A model generated the notes under the pieces. It worked only from the letters and a program-made list of their open reading frames with translations. It ran no database searches and was not told where the DNA came from. DNA of 64,000 bases. Source: Thermogemmatispora carboxidivorans. GTDB taxonomy: Bacteria > Chloroflexota > Ktedonobacteria > Ktedonobacterales > Ktedonobacteraceae. The translations under genes and the position numbers were made by a program. Positions 14,715 through 24,087 of the stretch are shown one piece after another (the stretch's first letter is position 1; every line of letters starts with the position of its first letter). The DNA lies in assembly GCF_000702505.1 (NCBI RefSeq), contig NZ_JNIM01000001.1, positions 4,686,327 to 4,750,326 of the forward strand, in the 5' to 3' direction.

Positions 14715-15656
14715 TCAGACGCGCAGGTCGTCGAACAGGATCGTGTGCAGGTAGCGCTCGGCGGCGCTGGGAAAGATAGTCACGATGATTTTGCCCTCGT
14801 TCTCTTGCTTGCGAGCTTCCTGGAGAGCAGCCCAGGCTACAGCACCGCTACTGATGCCAACCGAGAGGCCCTCTTGCTCCATGATGGCACGCGCGGTGGC
14901 GACAGCATCGTGATCGCTGACGGGAATGACGCGATCGATGAGATCGACACGCAGGGTGTCGGGGATGAAGCCGGCCCCAAGGCCCTCAATGCGATGAGGC
15001 CCGGGACGCCCGCCTGAGAGAATGGCACAGGCCGCAGGCTCGACTGCTACCACCTCCACCGTTGGCTTGCGGGCACGCAAACCTTCGGCGACTCCGGTCA
15101 GGGTTCCACCAGTGCCGACGCCGATCACTACCATATCGACAGCCCCGCCGGTGTCTTCCCAGATCTCAACGGCGGTGCCCTCGCGGTGAGCGCGAGGGTT
15201 GGCCTGATTATAAAATTGCTGGGGATACCAGGAGTTTGAGAGCGAGGTGCGCAGCTCAATCACTTTATTGATGGCGCCGCGCATCCCCTGGTTGCCCGGG
15301 GTCAGAATCACCTGGGCTCCCAGACGGCGCAGGAGCAGACGACGCTCCAGGCTGATAGTGTCGGGCATGGTGAGAATGCAGCGATAGCCACGGGCGGCGG
15401 CGATCCAGGCCAGCGAGATGCCCATATTCCCGCTCGTTGGCTCGGTGATGACTCCCCCCGGGCGCAGGAGGCCCTGCGTCTCCGCCTCGCAGACCATCTT
15501 GAGGGCTGGACGATCCTTCAGACTACCTCCGGGGCTGAACATCTCTAGCTTGGCCAGCACGCTGGCTCCGCAGGAAGCGGCAAAACGCTTCAGCTCAACC
15601 AGCGGGGTACGACCGATCAGCTCTGTTGCATCCTTGGGCCAGCGCGCCATGTTCAC
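14715..15656 (-). CDS. cysK: Cysteine synthase / O-acetylserine sulfhydrylase (PLP-dependent)
   Basis: PLP-lysine motif ...MFSPGGSLKDRPAL..., ...TSGNMGISLA..., and the glycine-rich GVGTGGTLTG loop typical of the CysK/CysM fold. Confidence 0.9.
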   Translation of the reverse strand: MNMARWPKDATELIGRTPLVELKRFAASCGASVLAKLEMFSPGGSLKDRPALKMVCEAETQGLLRPGGVITEPTSGNMGISLAWIAAARGYRCILTMPDTISLERRLLLRRLGAQVILTPGNQGMRGAINKVIELRTSLSNSWYPQQFYNQANPRAHREGTAVEIWEDTGGAVDMVVIGVGTGGTLTGVAEGLRARKPTVEVVAVEPAACAILSGGRPGPHRIEGLGAGFIPDTLRVDLIDRVIPVSDHDAVATARAIMEQEGLSVGISSGAVAWAALQEARKQENEGKIIVTIFPSAAERYLHTILFDDLRV

Positions 15657-15677
15657 CTACCTGCCTGCCTGTGTGAT

Positions 15678-16100
15678 CTAGCCTTGGGCTGGCTCGGCTT
15701 GCTCCGGCTCCTCGGCGAGCAGGGCGCGCATGAGAAAGAGGAGTTCTTGCACGCTGAAGGGTTTACGCAGCATCAAACCCGTATGCAAGCCCATGCGATG
15801 CAGCTCCCACTCGTAGCTACCGGTGATGACAATAATTGGAATATGTCTGGTTTGACTATGGCCGCGCAAGATCCTGTAGAGGGAGACACCGTCGAGGTTG
15901 GGCAAACCTACATCGAGTAGGATCAAATCAGCCCCAATACCGGGCAATTGCTCACGGGCTTCCTGCCCATCAGGAAAGACGTGCAGCTGCCAGGAACTGA
16001 TGGTCGCGATGACCGCCTGAACCATCTCGATGAGGCGCGGATCGTCCTCTACTAAAGCGATTACCTTCGTCTTCTTGGCTTTTTGCACAGGAACAGCCAC
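15678..16100 (-). CDS. Stand-alone response-regulator receiver (CheY-like) protein
   Basis: VIALVEDDPRLIEMV...DLILLDVGLPNLDGVSLYRIL...PIIVITG...RKPF covers the phospho-acceptor Asp and receiver-fold signatures. There is no output domain. Confidence 0.8.
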   Translation of the reverse strand: MAVPVQKAKKTKVIALVEDDPRLIEMVQAVIATISSWQLHVFPDGQEAREQLPGIGADLILLDVGLPNLDGVSLYRILRGHSQTRHIPIIVITGSYEWELHRMGLHTGLMLRKPFSVQELLFLMRALLAEEPEQAEPAQG

Positions 16101-16252
16101 GTCTTACTACCCTTCCCCTTCAGGCCAACGGACAACTGCCGCTTGCCTGCTGCTGGACATCTCTAGTCCAGGCCACCAATCGGCTCCTACCCACCAACCA
16201 GTCTGCCGCTGCCACGAGCGACAGCTTGCTTTGCCAGGACTAGCCAGAGCTA

Positions 16253-16693
16253 CTAGATATAGTACATGGTCTCTGCAGCAGCGCCCGTGCGATGGCGCTG
16301 CGCCAGCTCCTCGATGGTGGTCGAGAGCAGAATCTGCCAGGTCATCTCGTCGATTTTCTGCCAGACCTCGCGCAAAGCACAGCCTGGTGACAGCTCACAA
16401 ACACCAGGCGAAGGTAAACATTTCATCGGTGGTACGTAGCCTTCCAGGGCTCGTACCACTTCAGCCATCGTAATCTGAGAGGGCGGCCTTGCCAGCATAT
16501 GCCCACCTTTGGGACCGCGCACGCTCTTGACCAGCCCCTCCTTGCGCAACGCCATGAGGATCTGATCAAGGTAATGCTCAGGAATATACTGCCGACTGGC
16601 AATATCCGCACTTTCAACCGGTCCCTGTCCATAGTAGGCCGCCATGTCAAGCATGGCCCGTAGTCCGTAGTCACCTTTCATAGTAAGCTTCAT
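16253..16693 (-). CDS. Rrf2-family transcriptional regulator (IscR/CymR-like, three-Cys cluster motif)
   Basis: N-terminal wHTH (MKLTMKGDYGLRAMLDMA...IASRQYIPEHYLDQILMALRKEGLV) and CLPSPGVCELSPGC Cys triad. It sits upstream of a receiver gene and cysK in the same orientation. Confidence 0.85.
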   Translation of the reverse strand: MKLTMKGDYGLRAMLDMAAYYGQGPVESADIASRQYIPEHYLDQILMALRKEGLVKSVRGPKGGHMLARPPSQITMAEVVRALEGYVPPMKCLPSPGVCELSPGCALREVWQKIDEMTWQILLSTTIEELAQRHRTGAAAETMYYI

Positions 16694-16711
16694 AGGCCTA
16701 TTCCTTTCTTG

Positions 16712-16741
16712 AGTATCCTCTCGCTTGCAGTATCCTCTCGC
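16712..16741. promoter_or_regulatory. Tandem 13-bp direct repeat AGTATCCTCTCGC-ttgc-AGTATCCTCTCGC, 19-48 bp upstream of the Rrf2 regulator start; candidate operator
   Basis: Two exact copies read directly from the sequence, separated by 4 nt. They lie in the promoter region of the Rrf2-receiver-cysK unit. Confidence 0.4.
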
Positions 16742-16906
16742 AGATGGACAGGGCTACGAACCTTTTGACCCCTGCTGCTTGCTCTTGCCTCTGTGCTACA
16801 GGACAAGGACGTGCTTCTAGCGCTAGGATATATCAATTGTGAATCACTGTCAATGGCCGCTTCTATGACCGCTGCCCCCCCGAACGCCGTCCTCAAGCCC
16901 CCTCAT

Positions 16907-18577
16907 TTACTGCTTGCTTGGAGGGCCAGGTGAGGCGCTGGCCGCCTCGGCCACTCCCTCACTCCGCTCCTGGCAGTCTGCCGAGGCCCGGGCCTCGCGG
17001 GCGATGCTCAGGAGATCAGTGCGGATGTTGATGAAGTGTTCACGCAGGGCCGCCATTTCAACCTGGTCGCCGCGGATGCGCAGCCAGATGCGCCGCTGGG
17101 GGAAGTAGAAGGTGATACATAGGCTGAGCACCAGGACGACGGCAATCGGCCAGATGAGCGGAGCCCCGGCGTCGCGCGTGACCAGCAAGACGGTGGCGTC
17201 GCTGGCGGCATCCAGCTTGATGGTCCACTGACCGTCGACGCTCTTGCCGCTCTGGCCAGGCGAGAGACGCAGCAGGGCCTTGTCTTCGTTGTTGCTGGTG
17301 CCCGGTGTGCCAATGGCGATGAGCAGCACAGGATGGGCAATCTGCGAGAGATGCTGTCCTTCAGCATGGATGAAGAAGACGCCCATCGTGTAGTTGGTGC
17401 CACCGATAGGGACGCCCCGCGCATAGTCGACGACGCCATTACCCGAGGGGAGAGTGCTGCTGCTATCGAGAATGACGGCATCGTGATAGAGGACGTTGCC
17501 CTGGGCATCAGTAATGGTGACGACCGCCGAGGCGACCAGTGAGGATTGATGGAAGGTGATGCCATCGTAGGTCAGTGGGTCGTTGACGCGCAGGTGGTCG
17601 CTATGGGCCACAAGTTCACCGTCACGGTAGACGCTGAGGTCGGTGACGTAATCGACAGGCTGGCCAGTCCGCGGATCAAAGCGCGCGGTGAAGTGGTTGA
17701 CACGAAAGCTGATGTTGTGAGGCGTGCCGCGCGGGTAGACGACGGCGCTCTCGCCGGTCGGGAGAGCCTGGTCGAAGCTGAAGCCGGCCAGGGCGTCGCT
17801 GAGGCTGATAATAGGGGCCGGCAGGATGCGCCGCGCCGGGCTGTTGAGCGGGAAGCCATGCCATTGGCTGATCATGCCCGCCAGTAAGAGGGCCACGAGC
17901 GAGGCGTGGAAGACGAAGGTGGAGAGGGTGGCCCAGGTGTTCTTGTTGGCGTAGAGATAGGTGACTTCGCTGTTGCTTACGGTGTCGCTTTCGCTGCGGA
18001 CGCGGTAGCCACGACGCCGCAGGGCCGCCCCGGTCCAGGCAACGGCCTCAGGATGGCTGAAACTGGCTCGCTCCAGGGCATTCTGATAAAAGCGCTCGCT
18101 GCGTCGGATGAGCGGATGGGCAAAGTTTTGCCAGATGGCCGGCGCCCGATTGAGGGTGCAGACAACAATGCTGAGCGCCAGTATGCCTAGGAGGAGCATA
18201 AAGTACCAGCTTGAGAAGATGGTGAAGAAGTGCAGCCAGTCGTAAATGGGCGTCAGCGAGCCGTACTGCGGCAGGGCGTTCTGCTGCAGCCAGGCCTGAT
18301 AGGCTGTCGGGTCGTTGAGGACTTCGCCCGGCGCCTGCGGGAAGTAGATGCCCAGGATGCAGACGATGATGATGCTGACAATCAAAAAAATAGCTGTGCG
18401 CACCGAGCTGAGCCAGCCCCAGAGGGCATCAAGCGGGTGCCGTATCACGTAGGCCAGACGCTTCTTGAGGCGCTGGCCAGGGCTGAGCCGGGGTGCGACA
18501 GGCCGTTTCTTGCTTGCCGCGGGCCGCGATCGCCGCGCCGCGGGGCCGCGCCGCGGTTGCTTGAGCAGTGTCGCCAT
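16907..18577 (-). CDS. Cytochrome c biogenesis protein ResB/Ccs1-like (system II)
   Basis: 556 aa with an N-terminal basic region, TM helices (IFLIVSIIIVCILGIYF, FMLLLGILALSIVVCTL), a large extracytoplasmic domain and a C-terminal TM (IAVVLVLSLCITFYFPQRR). This is ResB-like topology. No ccsA/resC partner is in the window. Confidence 0.65.
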   Translation of the reverse strand: MATLLKQPRRGPAARRSRPAASKKRPVAPRLSPGQRLKKRLAYVIRHPLDALWGWLSSVRTAIFLIVSIIIVCILGIYFPQAPGEVLNDPTAYQAWLQQNALPQYGSLTPIYDWLHFFTIFSSWYFMLLLGILALSIVVCTLNRAPAIWQNFAHPLIRRSERFYQNALERASFSHPEAVAWTGAALRRRGYRVRSESDTVSNSEVTYLYANKNTWATLSTFVFHASLVALLLAGMISQWHGFPLNSPARRILPAPIISLSDALAGFSFDQALPTGESAVVYPRGTPHNISFRVNHFTARFDPRTGQPVDYVTDLSVYRDGELVAHSDHLRVNDPLTYDGITFHQSSLVASAVVTITDAQGNVLYHDAVILDSSSTLPSGNGVVDYARGVPIGGTNYTMGVFFIHAEGQHLSQIAHPVLLIAIGTPGTSNNEDKALLRLSPGQSGKSVDGQWTIKLDAASDATVLLVTRDAGAPLIWPIAVVLVLSLCITFYFPQRRIWLRIRGDQVEMAALREHFINIRTDLLSIAREARASADCQERSEGVAEAASASPGPPSKQ

Positions 18578-19027
18578 GAGAATCTATGGTCTTTCCTTCC
18601 TGCCTGCTGGCTGAAATGGAACGGTCCTTGCCTGCTTGCTTGTATGTGTCAAGTGCCACCGGTTGCGTCTCGGGTTCTTGTAGTATGATAGAGCAAGGGT
18701 GGTATTCTGGCAAGCGTCCGCCCACTGTATCGCTCCTAAAGAGAGCATCCTCGCACGGCCCTGCAGCACTCCGTCCCCATAAGTAGGAACCTCAACGGAC
18801 GCCGCGCTGGTGCAGAAATTCTATACTACTTGTTGTTGAGCAGATGAGACAGGACAAGCTGGCAACCGCATCTACACGACCCCTCGCTGCGCGCAGAGGG
18901 GCATACACGTCATCGTATCTTGGGGAGAGCTATGCTTGAGCACTGCTGCGCCCGCCCCTCACCGTTGCCAGTTTTCCGGCTTGAGGCATGCTGATTCTTG
19001 CTTATAGAACAAAGAGGAGTTCTTTTC

Positions 19028-20131
19028 ATGGCCGACGAACGTCATCAGAAGTTGGCTCAGGTGCTTGTCCACTACTCGCTGGAGCTGAAACCTGGCGATC
19101 GATTGCTGATCCAGGCTCCTACCGCAGCTTTTCCACTGACCCGCGAGGTTTTTCGCGAGGCGATCCGCACTGGCGCCTATGTGGTGGCAGTGGAAACTCT
19201 GCAGCCGGAGTTGACCGAGCTGCTGCTACGCGAGGGCAGCGACGAGCAGCTGACCTATGTCTCCGAGCTGGATCGCTTGCGCGTCGAGCAATATACGGCC
19301 CGCCTCTACGTTTGGGGCGAAGAGAATACGCGCGCATTGTCTTCGGTTGATCCCAAGCGCCTGGCCCTCTACCAGCGAGCGCGTCAGGCCCTGGTGAGCC
19401 GCAGACTAGAGCGTGAGGCCAGTGGCGAGGCTCGCTGGTGCGGGACGCTTTTTCCGACACACGCTTATGCCCAGGATGCCGGAATGTCTTTGAGCGCCTA
19501 TGAGGAGTTTGTCTTTACGGCTGGCATGCTGGATGCTCCTGATCCGATTGCGGCCTGGCGCCGCGTTTATGAGGAGCAGGAGCGCATCGCGGCTTTTCTG
19601 GAGCAGCATGATGAGCTGCATATTGTGGCCCCCGGAACCGATCTACGGCTGCGCGTGGGAGGTCGCCGCTGGATTAATTGCGCCGGCAAGGAGAATTTCC
19701 CAGACGGCGAGGTCTTTACCGGCCCTATCGAGGATTCGGTCTCGGGTACCATTCGTTTTAGCTATCCAGCCTTCTATGAAGGCCACGTGGTTGAGGACCT
19801 AAGCCTGACCTTCGAAGAGGGGCGAGTGGTGAAGGCCACGGCCCGCTCCGACCAGGCTTTTCTGGAGGCCATGCTGGATGTTGATCCCGGCGCCCGTACA
19901 GTCGGCGAGATAGCTTTCGGCTTGAATTATAATATTCAGCGCTTTACCTGTCATACGCTCTTTGATGAGAAGATTGGGGGGACGATGCACCTGGCCCTTG
20001 GGGCCTCGCTGCCGGAGAGCGGCGGACGCAATCAGTCGACGATCCATTGGGACATGGTGAACGATCTGCACGAGGGCCGTGTCTATGCCGATGGCCAGCT
20101 TTGCTATGAAGATGGGCGCTTTTTGATCTGA
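19028..20131 (+). CDS. Aminopeptidase, M29 family (AmpS/PepS-like)
   Basis: ATG at 19028 (MADERHQKLAQVLVHYSLELKPGDRLLI...). Conserved M29 blocks include ...HIVAPGTDLRL..., ...NFPDGEVFTGP..., ...IAFGLNYN... and ...GGTMHLALG... Confidence 0.8.
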   Translation: MADERHQKLAQVLVHYSLELKPGDRLLIQAPTAAFPLTREVFREAIRTGAYVVAVETLQPELTELLLREGSDEQLTYVSELDRLRVEQYTARLYVWGEENTRALSSVDPKRLALYQRARQALVSRRLEREASGEARWCGTLFPTHAYAQDAGMSLSAYEEFVFTAGMLDAPDPIAAWRRVYEEQERIAAFLEQHDELHIVAPGTDLRLRVGGRRWINCAGKENFPDGEVFTGPIEDSVSGTIRFSYPAFYEGHVVEDLSLTFEEGRVVKATARSDQAFLEAMLDVDPGARTVGEIAFGLNYNIQRFTCHTLFDEKIGGTMHLALGASLPESGGRNQSTIHWDMVNDLHEGRVYADGQLCYEDGRFLI

Positions 20132-20137
20132 GCAAGG

Positions 20138-20190
20138 GAGCCAGATCCGCGGCTCTCCAGAGGCGAGCCACGGATCTGGCTTTTGTTTGT
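20138..20190. terminator. Bidirectional intrinsic terminator between convergent aminopeptidase and methyltransferase genes
   Basis: GAGCCAGATCCGCGGCTC...GAGCCACGGATCTGGC inverted repeat followed by TTTTGTTTGT on the + strand; A-rich on the other side. Confidence 0.55.
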
Positions 20191-20213
20191 TCTCTTTCTT
20201 TCTTCCTCTCTTA

Positions 20214-21017
20214 TCACGCTTTGCGTCCGTGCCAGAGGGTCCAGCACTCCTGAGCGATAATCTCGCCTCCGCTCTGCTCGTGCTGGGCCAGATGCTCTTC
20301 AAGAAAGGCGATGTAGGCGAGCAATTCGTTGACCTCCTCTTCGCTCATTTCGTAGAGGGGGGCGTTCAGTACGTAGCTCACCAGTTCTTCGGCCAGGGCG
20401 CTACTGTTGGGATAGGCGCCGCGCGTCTCCCAGAGCGTGCGCTGTTGAACGTCGCGAAAGCCAACGTCTTGCATGATCTGGCGTACCTCTTCGCGCTTGA
20501 AACGCGCCAGGACGTACTGGTCGACAAGATGCGGGTAGCGGGCAAAGAGGTAGCCCCAGATATGGGTTTTGCTGCCTGGTTCCAGGAGATCTTCGGGGGT
20601 CTGGTCCTGGACAAGCAGGTAGCCACCGGGTTTGAGCAGGCGATAGGCTTCGATGAAGCAGGGGCGCAGCTCTGTCGGACGCAGGTCGCGCAGCAGGGCG
20701 CGCATGAGGACGATGTCGTAGCGCTCGGCCAGCAGGCCCGTGGCCAGGGCGTTGGCACGCAGAAATTCGATGTTGCGATGGCTTGCGCAGCGCTGGCGCG
20801 CCTGCTCTAGCTGCTCTTCAGCGCTGTCGAGGCCGATGACATAGGCGGCCCCTAGCTCGGCCAGGGCCTGGGAGTAGAGACCATCGCCGCAGCCAAGATC
20901 GAGGATAAGCTTGCCGCTGGGCGGGATGAGGGTGGTGACCGCCTCCAGCCAGGCGGGATCAGGGCGGTCGCTGATCTGTAGCAGCCCTCTTTTTTCTGGG
21001 TAGACTCGGGTCGCCAT
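20214..21017 (-). CDS. Class I SAM-dependent methyltransferase
   Basis: ATG at 21017 (MATRVYPEKRG...). SAM-binding motif I is ILDLGCGDGLYS, and LLKPGGYLLVQD is the post-I/motif II-like block. Confidence 0.8.
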   Translation of the reverse strand: MATRVYPEKRGLLQISDRPDPAWLEAVTTLIPPSGKLILDLGCGDGLYSQALAELGAAYVIGLDSAEEQLEQARQRCASHRNIEFLRANALATGLLAERYDIVLMRALLRDLRPTELRPCFIEAYRLLKPGGYLLVQDQTPEDLLEPGSKTHIWGYLFARYPHLVDQYVLARFKREEVRQIMQDVGFRDVQQRTLWETRGAYPNSSALAEELVSYVLNAPLYEMSEEEVNELLAYIAFLEEHLAQHEQSGGEIIAQECWTLWHGRKA

Positions 21018-21072
21018 TGTTCCCGCTCCTTCCTGTGTGACGCACACCAGCTCGGCGCGCACCGCTCGAGGC

Positions 21073-21399
21073 TCAGGTGAGGTGCCGGGGAGCGCTCAGC
21101 CCGCCCTTGATGTAGGCTTTGACTCCCTCCGGTCCGCGAATGCGCAGCCAGAGCGGACCGCGCTGCGGTGCAAACTGCAATTCAAAGGTGAGCAGGGGAG
21201 CACACTCGCGCTCGATGCTGATGAGCGCAAGAATGGCCGCGAGCTGTTCTTGTCTGTCTCTGAAGCGAAAGGCGTAGCCGTCGCTGAGTTCTTTGACCTC
21301 CTCGGCCTCCCGGAAGAGGTCGAGGGTGCTTTCGCGGCGCCGCATGATCCGCCCCCGCTCTCCGCTGCTCTCTTCGCTAGACATCGCTGATTCTCGCAC
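21073..21399 (-). CDS. Hypothetical small protein
   Basis: 108-aa ORF with plausible codon structure and no recognisable motif. Start uncertain. Confidence 0.4.
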   Translation of the reverse strand: MRESAMSSEESSGERGRIMRRRESTLDLFREAEEVKELSDGYAFRFRDRQEQLAAILALISIERECAPLLTFELQFAPQRGPLWLRIRGPEGVKAYIKGGLSAPRHLT

Positions 21400-21450
21400 G
21401 CTCGTGTTAGGGCTGACTGTGACTCAGGTCCCTTTGTTGCTACTGTTGAG

Positions 21451-22383
21451 CTAATCTACATCTATCTCTATGATATGTATCAGTGTATCACTGGCAGAAG
21501 CAATTTGCCTACCCTGGGGGGACCAGGCCAGACAGCGAATCCAACGCTGGTGCCCGTTGTAGCTGAGGAGGGTTGTGCCAGTGGTGGCTTGCCAGAGCAG
21601 GAGAGCGCAGTCGTCTCCTGCGGAGGCGAGGAGCTGGCCGTCCGGCGACCAGGCCAGGGCTTTCAGGGGACGGCTATGACCAAGGTAGGTGGTGATGAGC
21701 TGTGGCTGAGGAGCTTGCGGTCGCCAGACCAGGACCCGCCTGTCGGCTCCGCCCGAGGCGATGAGCCGGCCATCTGGCGACCAGACGGCACAGTAGACAG
21801 GCCGACCATGCTCGCTGAAGCGTAGATAACGCTTAGCCTGGAGTGCAGCATTGGGGCCGCTGTTGACGGTCCAGATATCTACGTAGCCGTCAAAGCTGGC
21901 GCTGAGCAGCTGCTCCGCGCTGGGTGACCAGTCGACGGCGAAGAGCCGGTACTGTTGCTGGTCGCTGAAGAGGCAGCGTCCGCTACGACTTTCCCAAAGC
22001 TGGAGGCTGCTATCGCCGTAGTCGCCGCCCGAGATGAGATAGTCGCCGTTCGGGGACCAGGCCAGGGAGCGCACGAAGCGCCGATGTCCACGATAGATGA
22101 GCAGGCAGCGCTGAGGCGAGGCGACTTCCCACAGGTGGACGGTACCCGCGGTGTCGCCCGAAGCGAGCAGACGGCCATCGGGGGACCAGGCCAGGGAGAG
22201 AATACACTGCCTGTGACCTGTGTAGACGGCGAGGGGTTCAAGGGCGCCTTCCGCGGAAGACTGCCAGAGGCGCACGGTTCCGTCGCGTCCGCCAGAGGCG
22301 AGGAGCTGGCCATCCGGCGACCAGACCAGGGCAAAGATCGCGTCGCTGTGGCCGGGGTAGTGTCTGGCTCTTCTTGCGCGCAT
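21451..22383 (-). CDS. WD40-repeat protein (7 blades)
   Basis: Repeated ...WSPDG(Q/R)LLASGG(R/D)DGTVRLWQ... units x7. Start chosen at the ATG at 22383; the ORF extends to 22476. Confidence 0.7.
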   Translation of the reverse strand: MRARRARHYPGHSDAIFALVWSPDGQLLASGGRDGTVRLWQSSAEGALEPLAVYTGHRQCILSLAWSPDGRLLASGDTAGTVHLWEVASPQRCLLIYRGHRRFVRSLAWSPNGDYLISGGDYGDSSLQLWESRSGRCLFSDQQQYRLFAVDWSPSAEQLLSASFDGYVDIWTVNSGPNAALQAKRYLRFSEHGRPVYCAVWSPDGRLIASGGADRRVLVWRPQAPQPQLITTYLGHSRPLKALAWSPDGQLLASAGDDCALLLWQATTGTTLLSYNGHQRWIRCLAWSPQGRQIASASDTLIHIIEIDVD

Positions 22384-22661
22384 GACTGACTGCCGTCTCT
22401 CTTTTTTTCCTGGGGTAGCAGGGCTGCCGTTTTCTTCCATCCTGCCTGCATGTGCAGGCTCTCCGAGGGCGAGCACTCAGGAGGCTGCCCATCACGCTGG
22501 CCAGCGCCTCCTCTTGGTCCGGTCGCCAGCGATGGGCAGCGCTTCGATCTCTGGCCGGGACACGCCACCCATCCAGGATAGCAGGGACGAGCGCGCAACC
22601 GCAACGCAGTCCACAAAAGGGTCAGCCAGCGGCTGCGCTCTGTTGGTAGGCTCCGCTGCGG

Positions 22662-23147
22662 CTAGTGTTCACTGGGGCCACCGGTCAGGAGGTTGATCGC
22701 GTGCGGCAGCACGGGCAGGATCGTCTCCAGGCACTCCTTGACGGCTTTGGGACTGCCCGGCAGGTTCACAATGAGCGTCTGGCCGCGCGTGCCAGCGATT
22801 CCGCGCGAGAGCATGCCGAAGGGCGTATGTTGCAGGCTGGCGGCACGCATGGCCTCGGCCAGGCCAGGGGCCTCGCGCTCGATGACGGCCTTTGTTGCCT
22901 CGGGCGTGACATCGCGAGGGGCCAGGCCGGTGCCGCCGGTCGTCAAGATCAGGTTCAGCCGTTGCTCATCGCACCAGGAGCGCAGCACGGCCTCAATCTG
23001 ATCCCGCTCATCGGGAACAATAGCGGTGGCGCTCACCACTGCCTGTGGTAGCTGGGCCACGAGAGAGCGAATGGTCTCGCCACTCGTATCCTGGCGTGTC
23101 CCACGGGCGGCGCCGTCACTGATGGTCAGCACGCCAACCGTAATCAT
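22662..23147 (-). CDS. Molybdenum cofactor biosynthesis protein, MogA/MoaB family
   Basis: [24 protein letters not shown]...[20 protein letters not shown]...GLAEAM...[15 protein letters not shown] matches MoCF_biosynth domain signatures (GGTG, PGSP). Confidence 0.85.
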   Translation of the reverse strand: MITVGVLTISDGAARGTRQDTSGETIRSLVAQLPQAVVSATAIVPDERDQIEAVLRSWCDEQRLNLILTTGGTGLAPRDVTPEATKAVIEREAPGLAEAMRAASLQHTPFGMLSRGIAGTRGQTLIVNLPGSPKAVKECLETILPVLPHAINLLTGGPSEH

Positions 23148-23156
23148 CGTAGCTCT

Positions 23157-23975
23157 TCACCCCCTGGGGGCCAACGCGCGCATAATGGCTCCGATCTGCC
23201 GACGTGGCCCATAGAGCCAAACCGTGTAGGTTTCTCCCTGCTCTTCTTCTTCAACAATGCACTGCATCTCACGTGCCAGACGCCGGGCGATGTCGAACAT
23301 CTGGCCGCGCTGAGCGACGCTGCGACTTTGCGTGCGCAGGGCAATCTTGCCGAGCCGCTCATCTTGACTCAGGCTGGCATTGATCAGGAGGGCTAGCTGA
23401 TCCAGGCCAAAGATCACCTGCAAGGGAGGGATCTCCTCGCCCACGCCTCGGACAGCAGCAGCTGCTGCGAGAGAAGCAGCCATCTCCTCCTCGCCTGGCG
23501 CTTCAGACGCTTCGACTTCATCCGCTTTCTCCCTGATCTCCGCTTCCTGTCCTGCCAGTGAGGCCGGGGCCTCTTCCAGCTCCTTCTGCCGCTGGGCGAC
23601 GCGCCCGTAGACCTCGTGCAATTTGGCCTCGATCAGCTCGCGCCCTTCTGGCGGCACGTTGTCGCGAGGATGGACATAGGCCAGCAGATGGTTGGGCGGA
23701 TCGGAGTAGATGAACGGTCGCCGCGCTAAAGCTCGTCGCCCACAAGAAGGGCAGGTGACTACGTTGAGGCGACCCGCCAGGACGGCATAGCGCAGCTGCG
23801 GGTCACGCGCGGCGTTGACATATTCATAGACCTGGCATTCAAAGCCATGTCCACAGCGACAGGTCAGCTTGTAGCTGGCTGTCCGCGATGCTAATTGCGA
23901 CATAGATGATAGCGCTTCGAAAATGACATCCTCTCCAACGAAATGAACCACACGAGCACGAAACATCTCTATCAT
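23157..23975 (-). CDS. CpXC-domain zinc-ribbon protein with acidic coiled-coil C-terminal region
   Basis: ATG at 23975 (MIEMFRARVVHF...). CRCGHGFEC and TCPSCGRRA Cys pairs give the C-x-C ... CPxCG pattern. The C-terminal half is Glu/Ala-rich. It lies 112 bp downstream of the NurA-like gene on the same strand. Confidence 0.55.
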   Translation of the reverse strand: MIEMFRARVVHFVGEDVIFEALSSMSQLASRTASYKLTCRCGHGFECQVYEYVNAARDPQLRYAVLAGRLNVVTCPSCGRRALARRPFIYSDPPNHLLAYVHPRDNVPPEGRELIEAKLHEVYGRVAQRQKELEEAPASLAGQEAEIREKADEVEASEAPGEEEMAASLAAAAAVRGVGEEIPPLQVIFGLDQLALLINASLSQDERLGKIALRTQSRSVAQRGQMFDIARRLAREMQCIVEEEEQGETYTVWLYGPRRQIGAIMRALAPRG

Positions 23976-24087
23976 ATCACATCGAGGCCGGCCCCCAGGG
24001 CCAGGGCAAGCCCACAAGAGACCCGTCACAAGCCCTATCTTCTCCTCTGGCGCCCTGTCGCCAGCGCCCACTCGGCCCCGCGCCACC

